Assembly (NCBI GenBank): GCA_964016885.1
Contig: OZ024754.1
Span: 33,232,001-33,296,000 of the forward strand
Length of the DNA stretch: 64,000 nt
Direction of reading: 5' to 3'
Origin: Eledone cirrhosa
Taxonomy: Eukaryota
Shown: positions 51,635-64,000 of the stretch, in pieces
How positions within the stretch are numbered: the stretch's first letter is position 1
Layout of the letters: the number at the start of each line of letters is the position of its first letter
Notes under the pieces: model-generated
What the model saw: only the letters and a program-made list of their open reading frames with translations
Told to the model about the DNA's origin: nothing
The model's database searches: none
Made by a program: the position numbers and the translations under genes

Positions 51635-52241
51635 TCAGGTCACCAGTTGGTGCTACTGGTAACATGTATCCCAGTACAACCTGTCTCATCGTCGGGTCGT
51701 TGGCGACTAAACTGGCAACCCCACCAAGGTTTCTTGGTGAGGAGGGTGATTGGACATCCTGCAGGACTAAAAACAAAACCTGTCAAAGGGCAAAGGAGCT
51801 CTTAAGAGTCAATGGCCATCCAAAATCACCGGGAGAGATGACCCCTTAGCCTTTGTCAAGGCAGAATTCTAGGAGAAGGAAAACTCTGATATAACACCTG
51901 CAACCCTGATGGTATCCTATGATGTTGACTTGTTCTTCTTTTTGGTAAATATCATCTTGGTTAAGAGAGTGGGACTGGCTCTGTGCAGTGCCTTTGCTCA
52001 CTATGAAAGCTTCACGGCACAGGCATTGCTTTATATCTGGAGATCTCTCTGCACTTGTCGTCACATGGTACTATGGACTCAGCACTATGTGTCAATAATT
52101 GTCACAAGTGTAGTGTTTGTACCATAGTTTTCAAGTCGCTGGCTGGACTAAAAAGTCACACTTGTTCAGCGCATCGGTAGGGGTTCTCCTACATGGATAT
52201 AAAGTAGTGGCCGTACTCGAAAACGAGTTGGCAGCCACCAT
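51635..52241 (+). mobile_element. RTE-derived non-autonomous element, longest copy
   Basis: Joins the leader seen at 17070-17270 to the body seen at 17510-17921. Confidence 0.65.
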
Positions 52242-52349
52242 GTATAGATATAGATATATAGATATATAGTATATGTGATTCAATAAATTACGTGTGTGCG
52301 CGATTTTACGCTAATAAAAACAAGATAACGAGATTAACTTAAATAAATA

Positions 52350-52404
<55 letters not shown>

Positions 52405-52668
52405 CACACGCGTGCGTACAGCCAAAAGCTTCTCACCACCCCCCGCTACCTACACCAGTATTCAATACGCTCCTGAAAAGTTTGGGAGGCATAAAGTACC
52501 CGCATATGCCTTAAAGCCGCTGGTACCCATTTGATACCCTACATTTAGTTAAAGTTAAAATAGAAGGCTATATGAATAATTTCTTTCTATAATCTAATAA
52601 TCTGCTTCATCTTTTACTATTAGTAGTATTGTTGTTGTTGATGATGTCGTGTATGTATATACATATAT

Positions 52669-52718
<50 letters not shown>

Positions 52719-52722
<4 letters not shown>

Positions 52723-52906
52723 GTTTCTACTTTTGGCACAAGGCCAGCAATTATCCAGTACATTACTGGTACTTTATTTTATCGACCCCGTAAGGATGAA
52801 AGGCAAAGTCAACCTCGGCGGGATTTGAACTCAGATCGTAAAGGGACGTAACTATGCTGGAAAGCATGGCGTCCGACCCTCTACCGATACTGCCAATCCA
52901 CCGCCC
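52719..52906 (-). mobile_element. SINE family 1 full-length copy
   Basis: Matches consensus; also 46864-46992, 58575-58750 and 58759-58882. Confidence 0.82.
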
Positions 52907-52926
52907 TTTTATTATAATAATTAGCA

Positions 52927-52969
<43 letters not shown>

Positions 52970-53007
52970 TGTGTATGTGTGTGTGTATATGTGTGTATGT
53001 GTATATA

Positions 53008-53052
<45 letters not shown>

Positions 53053-53135
53053 ATGTGTGTGTGTGTGCGTGCGTGTATGTGTATGTGTGCGTGTGTGTGC
53101 GTGTGGGTGTGTGCGTGTGTGTGCGTGTGTGTGCG

Positions 53136-53177
<42 letters not shown>

Positions 53178-53178
53178 G

Positions 53179-53268
<90 letters not shown>

Positions 53269-53329
53269 GTGTGTGTGTTTGTGTGTGTGTGTGAGAGAGA
53301 GAGTGTGTGTTTGTGCTTGTGCCATCGTC

Positions 53330-53640
53330 AGTTCTGACGAGGAGTGTTTCAGTTATTCGATTATCTGAACACTCTGCTCATAAAACTAACATGCAAATGA
53401 CTGATCATTCCACAACCACGTGTATCCTCAGTGTAATCTCCAGCGAAATTCAACGCGACACGGTATGTAACAACACTGGCCCTTTGAATTACATGTGCAA
53501 CTAATTTGTGCCCGTTGAATAAACTTGAGAATCATGAAACAAATTGTGTTGCCCAAGGACACAATGTAATGCCGGGAACCAAACCCCAGGTCTTACAATT
53601 GTGTGCTGGACACCCTTACCTTTAAACCATGCACCCTCAT
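53330..53640 (-). mobile_element. Old tRNA-derived SINE (family 3)
   Basis: Degenerate tRNA head plus TGTCCTTGGGCAA domain; related to 49440-49620 and 54980-55160. Confidence 0.55.
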
Positions 53641-53719
53641 TTTTCTTTTACTGTTTAGTCGGGATGAAGAGAGCAGTGCTCATGACCACATTTAGAACCT
53701 CTGTGACTGATGGAAAAGA

Positions 53720-54800
53720 GGGAGAGAGAAAGATATCATGGAAGCGATACCCGCTACATTAGTCATCCCATCTAACTTGGTTCTTTCCTCAGCTGTAATA
53801 CACTCTTCCCGATTTTGCGGAGCAAAAAAGGAGTCCAGTGCCCTATTACACCAGAGATATCGAAGGCCACCAGTACAAAACAAGGAGTCCAGGGCCCGAT
53901 TACACCAGAGATATCGAAGGCAACCAGCACAAAAAAAGGAGTCCATGGCCCTATTACACCAGAGATATCGAAGGCAACCAGCACAAAAAAAGGAGTCCAT
54001 GGCCTTATTACACCAGAGGTATCGAAGGCACCCAGCACAAAAAAGGAGTCCATGGCCCTATTACACCAGAGGTATCGAAGGCACCCAGCACAAAAAAGGA
54101 GTCCATGGCCCTATTACACCAGAGATATCGAAGGCATCCAGCACAAAAAGGAGTCCATGGCCCTATTACACCAGAGATATCGAAGGCACCCAGCACAAAA
54201 AAGGAGTCCATGGCCCTATTACACCAGAGGTATCGAAGGCACCCAGCACAAAAAAGGACTCCAGTGCCCGATTACACCAGAGATATCGAAGGCCACCAGC
54301 ACAAAAAAAGGAGTCCATGGCCCTATTACACCAGAGATATCGAAGGCATCCAGCACAAAAAGGAGTCCATGGCCCTATTACACCATAGATATCGAAGGCA
54401 TCCAGCACAAAAAGGAGTCCAGTGCCCGATTATACCAGAGATATCGAAGGCATCCAGCACAAAAAAGGCGTCCAGTGCCCTATTACACCAGAGATATCGA
54501 AGGCATCCAGCACAAAAAAGGAGTCCAGTGCCCGATTGCACCAGAGATATCGAAGGCATCCAGCACAAAAAAGGCGTCCAGTGCCCTATTACACCAGAGG
54601 TATCGAAGGCAACCAGCGCAAAAAAGGAGTCCAGTGCCCGATTGCACCAGAGATATCGAAGGCAACCGGCACAAGAAAGGATATGGTCAGTGAAAGCCCG
54701 GTATTTAGTTATCTTCTCCTCTGCATTACAAGCAACGATGCCGAGGTTTGTGGTCGAAGTGATGAGGTGGGCACCGGTCACAACATATAGCGCCCTTATT
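53720..54800 (-). pseudogene. Probable CRE-type non-LTR retrotransposon RLE-domain fragment containing an internal minisatellite
   Basis: Minus-strand AEEKITKYRAFTDH..VAFDTSGVIGP..KIGKSVLQLRKEP resembles the CRE C-terminal K..KY..F.P.A.ET.G..G pattern. Confidence 0.5.
53822..54675. repeat. 52-54 bp minisatellite, about 16 copies
   Basis: GAGTCCATGGCCCTATTACACCAGAGATATCGAAGGCA.CCAGCACAAAAAAG tandem; length varies in the A run. Confidence 0.95.
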
Positions 54801-55428
54801 TGAATGATTGCTTGCTAAACTTTCGGTGATTTTCATGGAACATGATAGAAGACAAGTTTCCTAATTATACCTAATAAAAAGACATTTCGATGGGGTATTT
54901 CGTTAAATATATGCGTTCTATATCCACTAGGTGTAATCGAAAGCATGACCGAAAGTTAACTATATAAGACTATATTTGCTGCCTGTAAGTCAAAAAGCCA
55001 GCCTTGTCATACATTATGTCATACTGAATCCTCCAGAAAATGATGTTAAATGTACACGTGTCTGTGGAATGCTCAGTCACTTGCACGTTAATTTAACGAG
55101 CAGGTTGCTCCATTGTTTGAATTAACTGGAACACTCGTCGTCGGAACCGACGGATGTCCAACAACAACATCATCAACAATGACAACAATATCCGTAGCCG
55201 TGGTTAATGTGTGTGTATGAGAAATACAACCTTTTACGCTTGGTCACTCAGTAATTTGCTAACTTGTAAATATTTATAGCCGTTTAAATAAAGAATTATT
55301 GATGTCCCCTCCATTATTTATAACAGGTTTTTCACCCTCTCTCTTTGTAAAAGTGACTGCACACAGAAGCATATTCACACACATATGTACATACAAAAAC
55401 ACATGAATATATATCTATATATATATAC

Positions 55429-55489
<61 letters not shown>

Positions 55490-55589
55490 ATGTATATATA
55501 TATATGCACATTTACATATATATATTTTTTTTCATAAATATATACATATATATATATTTTTTCATAAATATATACATATATATATATTC

Positions 55590-55632
<43 letters not shown>

Positions 55633-55689
55633 TAAATATATATATATATATATATATATATTCATAAATATATATATATATATTCATAA

Positions 55690-55731
<42 letters not shown>

Positions 55732-55755
55732 TCATAAATATATATATATATATTC

Positions 55756-55848
<93 letters not shown>

Positions 55849-55850
55849 TG

Positions 55851-55901
<51 letters not shown>

Positions 55902-56396
55902 ATATATATATATATTCATATATATATATATATGCATGTATACATACAAACACGTGTGTATGTGTCCGTGGGAGAAAGAGAGAGAGGGTGGGGAAGAGAG
56001 ATCCTTTTGTGTGTCGTGTATTGTTACTGTGGAGTTGTATTTTCATTTGATTCTTTTATGACGTCACTTCCTGTTCATCTCACTGTAACGACCATGTTTT
56101 AATCATTGTTTTCTTATTATTTTTACCTTCTGTTTTAGAAATCTCTATTTCTTTATTTATATAATTCATTTTATTTGGGTCTTTATGTTTATATTTATGA
56201 TTTTATTTTTCTGTTAATTTTCGTCGTTCTGGCTTTCGGGTTCTTTTAGTAATCAGGGTCCTTGTATGTCAACTTTATATTCGGGGTACTCGTGTGTCGA
56301 CCTTCTAATGGGGTAACTCGAATGTCAACATTTTAATCTGTGGTTGAACGACTTTCTGGTATATTATTGTATGTATGTAAGTATTATGTGTATGTA

Positions 56397-56757
56397 AACA
56401 CTACCCAGAAAGGAGAACTGGTCAACATCATCGGATGCTTCCGAAGCCGAAGGTTTTTTTAGGGGTTTTCTTTTTCAGAGTTTCCCTCTCTTAGAAAGGT
56501 TTTTGTGACTATAACTGGGGAGCCTTTCACTCCCAGGTGAAATAAATAATAATACCTTTTCGGGTAGTGTTTTCGATAGTCAGAGAGTGGGATTGGTCGA
56601 GTGCAAGGCATTTCCCCACTTTAAAAACCTTCAAAGCATAGGCATTGCTTATTCAGGATATGTTACAGGTTCCTGTGGCTGGCCGTAGCCTAAAAGTGCA
56701 CCAAACTCTATAATCTGACAAGCGATTGCAATACTCTTAGCAGAGTTTGCAGCCATC
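56397..56757. mobile_element. RTE-derived non-autonomous element with 5' inversion
   Basis: 56397-56545 antisense and 56557-56757 sense relative to the 14668-15072 family. Confidence 0.6.
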
Positions 56758-56791
56758 ATATATGTTTGTATACCACCAGCATAGCATCAAC

Positions 56792-56823
<32 letters not shown>

Positions 56824-57096
56824 CAACAACACCATCAATAATAACATCAATAATAACAACACCGCACTTCCTCAAATCCTAAACAAAAATACACGGTGTC
56901 CATGTTCAGTACTTGAATGTCTTTTGATCTCCACAAACAAGGTTGATTCGAAGTTGAAGCAGAAGAACAAAGGAAACGCTTCTACATGGTCAATCAGACT
57001 GCTAGAAATAACAACGAAATCTCCCTCAAATATCACTACCATTTTAGGAATGACATGTTTGAAAATGTACTCGAAAAGGATATGAGAGTCGTAGAT

Positions 57097-57350
57097 ATCC
57101 AATATCCCAAATTCAAAGTCCAGGGCCTTCTCACTCCCGTTGGAGCAAACCATCCCTATTTAATCTCCACCAGTTCCTATCTCTGGTCATATTGGGCTAT
57201 GTGGGGTCGAGTTATAGGGGTCAGATCATCGCGCGGTCTGGCATTAGGCCTCCTTCTAGTTCTTCTCCATTGCCTTGGTGTACACTCTGTCACTCTATTA
57301 GTCCACCTGTTGTCTTTGAAACGAGAGACGTGGCCAGTCCATAGATATAT
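57097..57350 (-). pseudogene. RTE LINE 3' fragment
   Basis: WTGHVSRFKDNRWTNRVTECTPRQWRRTRRRPNARPRDDL; related copy at 60508-60676. Confidence 0.75.
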
Positions 57351-57536
57351 GGCGACCAATTAACATAATCACTTGGGGTGCCGGATTAAATATGCCTTGG
57401 TATTTGTTCCGGCTCACTTCACTCTGAGTTCAAATGCCACCGAGGTCAACTTTTCCTTTTATCCTTTCGCGCTCGATAAATAAAATATTAGTGCTGGTGT
57501 TGATTCTTCTCGCTCTCCATTCCTTTCTTTGAAAGA

Positions 57537-58215
57537 CCAGTTCTTACAATTGTGTTGTCTTTCTCCAAGACACAGGCCTAGGAGAGATGCTTTCTTTAGA
57601 ATACTAGGTGTTACAACTGTGTTGTTCCTCTCCAAGACACAGGACTAGGAGAGGTATTTTCTGTAGAAGACCAGGTATTACAACTGTGTTGTACCTTGCC
57701 AAGACACAAGGCTAGGAGAGATATTTCCTGTAGAACAGACCAGGTGTTACAACCGTATTGTTCCTCTCCAAGACACAAGCCTGGAAGAGGTATTTTCTGT
57801 AGAAAAGCCCAGGTGTTACCACTGTGTTGTTCTTCTCCAATACACAGGCATAGGAGAGATGTTTTCTGTACAATACCAGGTGTTACAACTGTATTGTTCC
57901 TCTCCAAGACACAGGTATAGGAGAGATGTTTTCTGTACAATACCAGGTGTTACAACTGTATTGTTCCTCTCCAAGACACAGGCATAGGAGAGATGTTTTC
58001 TGTACAATACCAGGTGTTACAACTGTATTGTTCCTCTCCAAGACACAAGCCTGGAAGAGGTATTTTCTGTAGAAAAGACCAGGTGTTACAACTGTGTTGT
58101 TCCTCTCCAAGACACAGGCCTGGAAGAGGTATTTTCTGTAGAAAAGACCAGGTGTTACAACTGTGTTGTTCCTCTCCAAGACACAGGCCTAGGAGAGGTA
58201 TTGTCTGTGAAAAAA
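57537..58215. repeat. 67-70 bp minisatellite, about 10 copies
   Basis: CCAGGTGTTACAACTGTGTTGTTCCTCTCCAAGACACAGG.. tandem. Confidence 0.93.
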
Positions 58216-59671
58216 CCAACAATTGTCCATACAACAACTCAGCCACCACCAAGCCACCAATGTTGTTGAAGGGGAAAACTAAGGCTGATACAACTTAGGA
58301 ACAATGACCTCGCTGGTGAACTCGGAACGCAATGGGCGTCAGAAGAGATACAGCTAAGCATCACATTTGGTGTTCTAACGTTCCCGTTAATCCATCGTCC
58401 TTCACTCATACTGTATTTATTGATAGTAGGAGGTTGAAAAAGGCAAAGGTGAGAGATAGCGGTCGGATTTGAACTGAGAACCTACAGAACTGGAACAAAT
58501 ATCGCACAGTGCTTTTGCCACCCAGCACAATTCCTGTGTTACCATGGCCACCAGAAACATCTGCACTGTTACACAGTATCGGTAGAGGGTCAGACACCAT
58601 GCTTTGACGCATAGAGTTACGTCCCTTGCCATTCTGAGTTCAAATCCCGCCGAGGTTAACTTTGCCTTTCATCCTTACGGGGTCGATAAAATAAAGTACC
58701 AGTAGTGCACTGGGTATTTGCTGGCCTTGTGCCTAAAGTAGAAACAATTATTACAAAAAGGCGGTGGATTGGCAGTCTCGGTAGAGGGTCGGACGCCATG
58801 CTTTGTAGCAAAGAGTTACGGCCCTTTACGGTCTGAGTTCAAATCCCGCCGAGGTTAGTTTTGCTTTTCATCCTTACTGGGTGGATTGATAGAACCGTTA
58901 GTGTCAGACAAAATATTTCCACCATGAAAACCAACATCATCACTACCACTACACGAATCACTACTACTTCACTACCATTACCATCAGCATCACAAACATC
59001 AACACCATCATAAAGACTACCACTAACACCAACAACGCCTTCACAATGACCCCCACCATTAGCATCACTACCACTACCACCACCACCACCACCACCACCA
59101 CCACCACTATCACCACCACTATAAACGAAGATCCCCACCATCACCACCACCATCACCACCACATCAAAATCACAAAAGCCACCACTACCACCACTACTAC
59201 TACCACAGCAAGAGTCACCACCAATTCACTACCACCACCATCACCACCACCACTACTATCACCACCACCACCTCCACCACACCACAATCACAAAAGCTAC
59301 CACTACCACCACCACTACTACCACAGCAAGAGTCACCACCAATTCACTACCATCACCATCACCATCACCACTACCATTCACCTGTACCTATCACCTGTGT
59401 ACCTATCATCTATTATCTCTCACTCACCCTTATATTTTCGCCCACCATTCGTCGCCTGCCGTCGCCCACACGTCACCCGACGCCGGCCTACCCGCCTGCC
59501 TGCTCCACACCAGACCGACCTCTATACAATTTCACCCACATCACTTCTAGTATGGAGAGCCAGGTCGTTTCACAACGTCGTCGTCAAATAAAGAAATCTG
59601 TCTGTCTGTCTGTCTATGTGTTTATCTATCAATCTTTCTATCTACTGTATCTATGTATCTAGCTAAAAAAA

Positions 59672-59890
59672 GAACGATTGACATTCGTCAAATCGGACCG
59701 AGGAAACAATGTTTCCGTCGGTCTTTCCAGTTACTAATACTATCTATCGGTCGCAACTCCAGGTAGAAGGAGCAACGTGAAATAAAGTGTATTGCTCAAA
59801 GGACATAACGCATCGCCCGGTGCGAGAATCGAACTCACAACCTCACGATTGCCAATCCAATTCTCTAACCACTCAGCCATACGCCTTCAC
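59672..59890 (-). mobile_element. SINE family 2 copy
   Basis: Matches 2526-2741. Confidence 0.8.
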
Positions 59891-59916
59891 ATATCTATCT
59901 ATCTATCTATCTATCT

Positions 59917-60445
59917 CTCCCCTCTTCAAAAACGAAGGAGAGGCGGTGTTTCTGTGCGTAATAGCCATGGCGAAAGAGGTTGTATGGTGGACGCGTCTGA
60001 AAGGACTGAGGTCAGACACCTTTCTCTCTGGCCAACAACTGGTCCGTTTCTTCCGATATCATTTCGGAAGAAGGATCAGGATGGAGAGAGAGGTGCTGCA
60101 CCCCAGCCGTTTCTATGAAAGATGGGTGAAAGTGGCGAGAATGGCCCGTGTGAATGGGCCTTCACTCTACATCAGACTATAGGTGAGGAAGATGAAAGAC
60201 CAAGGGAGCACCCCTTCTCTGTGCTCCTGGGGAGAAGGGTTGCACACTTTTTTCGGGGGGGGGGCGACCCCCCAAGGCGCCTCCTCTCTATTGAGGACTT
60301 TGTTATAAATTTTATTTTTTGTTATATTTTATTTTATTTTTATATATTGTTATTGCCTCCTCCTTATTGAGGACGCCTTGTTTTGTAAACTCCCCCCATT
60401 GTACTTGTCCCACTTTTGATGCCCTGGTGGCAAATAAAAGAAACA
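59917..60445 (+). pseudogene. 5'-truncated second Tx1 family (ORF2 C-terminus plus 3' UTR)
   Basis: EGEAVFLCVIAMAKEVVWWTRLKGL..ERWVKVARMARVNGPSLYIRL aligns to the C-terminus of the 30443 ORF2; AATAAA at 60433; (ATCT)n flanks. Confidence 0.88.
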
Positions 60446-60671
60446 TATCTATCTATATTTATATGTATCTATCTATCTACATATCAACCTATATATATAG
60501 ATAGATAGATATCCCAAATCCCTAATTCAAAGTCCAGGGCCTTCTCCCTCCTGTTGGAGGAGACCCTCCCTTTAATCTCAACCAGTTCCTATCTCTGGTC
60601 ATATTGGGCTATGTGGGGTCATATTGGAGTTATAGGGGTCAGATCATCGCGCCGTCTGGCATTTGGCCTCC

Positions 60672-61590
<919 letters not shown>

Positions 61591-61599
61591 ATATATATA

Positions 61600-61798
61600 T
61601 ACGAACGAGTAGGACCCCGATGGCTGAGCTCAAGCCGTTTCGACGGTTAATTCTGGACTTAGTAGTCCAGAATTAGCCGTTGAAACTGCTTGAGCTCAGC
61701 TGTCGGGGTTCTACTCGTTCCTATTACCCACTCTACTACCTCAAGTATTGAGTACTTTGGTGCGTTATGATCCATCTGGTTCCTTACCACATTTCCTT

Positions 61799-61800
<2 letters not shown>
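61600..61800 (+). mobile_element. HHR family A fold-back mini-element
   Basis: Palindrome centred at about 61661 plus tail. Confidence 0.8.
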
Positions 61801-61836
<36 letters not shown>

Positions 61837-61840
61837 TAAT

Positions 61841-62054
61841 CGATCGACTTTCGTCAAATCGGACCGAGGAAACAATGTTTCCGTCGGTCTTTCCAGTTGC
61901 TAGTACTATCTATCGGTCGCAACTCCAGGTAGAAGGAACAACGTGAAATAAAGTGTCTTGCCCAAGGACATAACGCATCGCCCGGTCCACGAATCGAACT
62001 CACAACCTCAAGATTGTGAATCCAATTCTCTAACCACTCAGCCACACGCCTTCA
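61841..62054 (-). mobile_element. SINE family 2 copy
   Basis: Matches 2526-2741. Confidence 0.8.
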
Positions 62055-62595
62055 CATATAAAAAGAAAATTATCTCTCTACCCACCCACCTATCTATCTA
62101 CCCACCCAACTATCTATCTACCCACGCACCTATCTATCTCTCTATCTATCTACCCACCCACTTATCTATCTCTCTATCTATCTACCCACCCTCCTATCTA
62201 TCTCTCTATCTATCTACCCACCCACCTATCTATCTACCCATCCACCTATCTACCTACCCACCCACATATCTATCTACCCACCCACCTATCTACCTACCTA
62301 TCTAATCTATCTATCTACCCACCCTTCTATCTATCTATCTATCTATCTACCCACCCACCCCTCTATCTACCCACCCACCTACCCACCTATCTATCTATCT
62401 ATCAATGGCTACTTATTGACTTGTAAAGCAAGCTTATCTTACTATTAATTAATGAAGAAGTGTACAGAAGAGCTGGCTCTGTCCCACCAGATCATCCCTC
62501 CCATTACATCGTTTATTGTTCCACTTTGGTATTTTTATTATTTTTATGCATATGTGCACTGTGTCTATGTGCATATGGATGGGATATGTGCATGA

Positions 62596-62672
<77 letters not shown>

Positions 62673-62833
62673 CATATATATATATATATGTATATATACA
62701 TACATATATATATACATATACATATATACAGATATATATACACACATATATATATATATATATATACACACGTATATTTATACACACACACATATATGTA
62801 TATATATATATATATTAATATATAAGTACATAT

Positions 62834-62867
<34 letters not shown>

Positions 62868-63067
62868 ACATATATGTATATATATACATATATATATGTA
62901 TATACAAATGCATATATATAATTACATATATATATACATACAAACATATATATATATACATATATACATACATATATATATATATATAAACATATATATA
63001 TATATATATATGTGTACATATATATATACATATACATATATATATATATATATATACATATATATAA

Positions 63068-63144
<77 letters not shown>

Positions 63145-63412
63145 TATATATTTATATATATATATGTATATATATATATTAATAGAGAGCGACGAGAGAT
63201 AATTCTCTCATCGTTGTCATTTCTCCTGATCCTACCCACCACCACCACCACAACAACAACAACAACAACAACATACGGCCGCTTGTCTCATCAATAATAA
63301 ACAGTCTATAATATTAATTTCCTTCGGCGTTAAGACCGCAAATGTGAAAGCGTTTCACCCTCTTAATGACCAATTACTTATGTATGAAGTACAGCGGTGT
63401 TTACAGAACAAA

Positions 63413-63718
63413 CGGTAGTGGCGGCGGCGGCGGCGGTGGTGGTGCTGGTGGTGGTGGTGGTGGTGGTGCTGGTGGTGCTGGTGGTGGTGCTGGTGGTGCT
63501 GGTGGTGGTGCTGGTGGTGGTGGTTGTGATGGTGGTGCTGGTGGTGGTGCTGGTGGTGATGCTGGTGGTGGTGGTGGTGATGGTGGTGGTGGTGGTGGTG
63601 GTGGTGGTTGTGCTGGTGGTGGTGGTTGTGATGGTGGTGCTGGTGGTGGTGCTGGTGGTGATGCTGGTGGTGGTGGTGGTGATGGTGGTGGTGGTGGTGG
63701 TGGTGGTAGTGGTGGTGG

Positions 63719-63749
<31 letters not shown>

Positions 63750-63781
63750 GGCGGTGGTGGTGGTGGTGGTGCTGGTGGTGG

Positions 63782-63812
<31 letters not shown>

Positions 63813-63907
63813 GGCGGTGGTGGTGGTGGTGATGCTGGTGGTGGTGGTGGTGATGGTGGTGGTGGTGGTGCTGGTGGTGATGGTGGTGGTGGTGGTGGTG
63901 GTGCTGG

Positions 63908-63938
<31 letters not shown>

Positions 63939-64000
63939 GATGCTGGTGGTGGTGGTGGTGGTGGTGCTACTGGTGGTGGTGGTGGTGGTGGTCATGGTGG
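63413..64000. repeat. (GGT)n degenerate trinucleotide tract
   Basis: Seen directly. Confidence 0.95.

Noticed and set aside
53822-54675. CRISPR-like array or repetitive protein gene
   Set aside because: The units are contiguous with no unique spacers, the context is eukaryotic, and the variable A-run shifts the frame.
57537-58215. CRISPR-like array
   Set aside because: Plain minisatellite; no spacers and no cas genes.
59787-60182. 131-aa gene
   Set aside because: Chimera of antisense SINE, (ATCT)n and the Tx1 ORF2 C-terminus.

Overview
Gene-poor, microsatellite-saturated animal genomic DNA. The tRNA-derived SINE families and very high (TA)n/(CA)n content suggest a cephalopod such as Octopus; this is an inference. 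No host exon could be supported. Coding content is all transposon-derived: a 5'-truncated, rearranged Penelope-like element (RT plus C-terminal GIY-YIG, 4956-7883, minus), an apparently intact full-length Tx1-clade LINE (ORF1 33892-35802, ORF2 30443-33862, minus), and fragments of a second Tx1 family, RTE, a probable CRE element and mariner. The most striking hidden signal is a dense population of small NON-coding elements inserted in (TA)n that carry type I hammerhead ribozyme (HHR) motifs. More than 15 full or near-full HHR motifs from about 10 distinct sequence families can be read directly. They occur as tandem multimers (591-nt, about 727-nt and about 313-nt units, retrozyme-like) and as asymmetric fold-backs whose short arm starts at a family-specific fixed point while the long arm carries a 3' tail. 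One insertion joins arms from two different families. All folds were assigned by eye and need covariance-model and biochemical confirmation.
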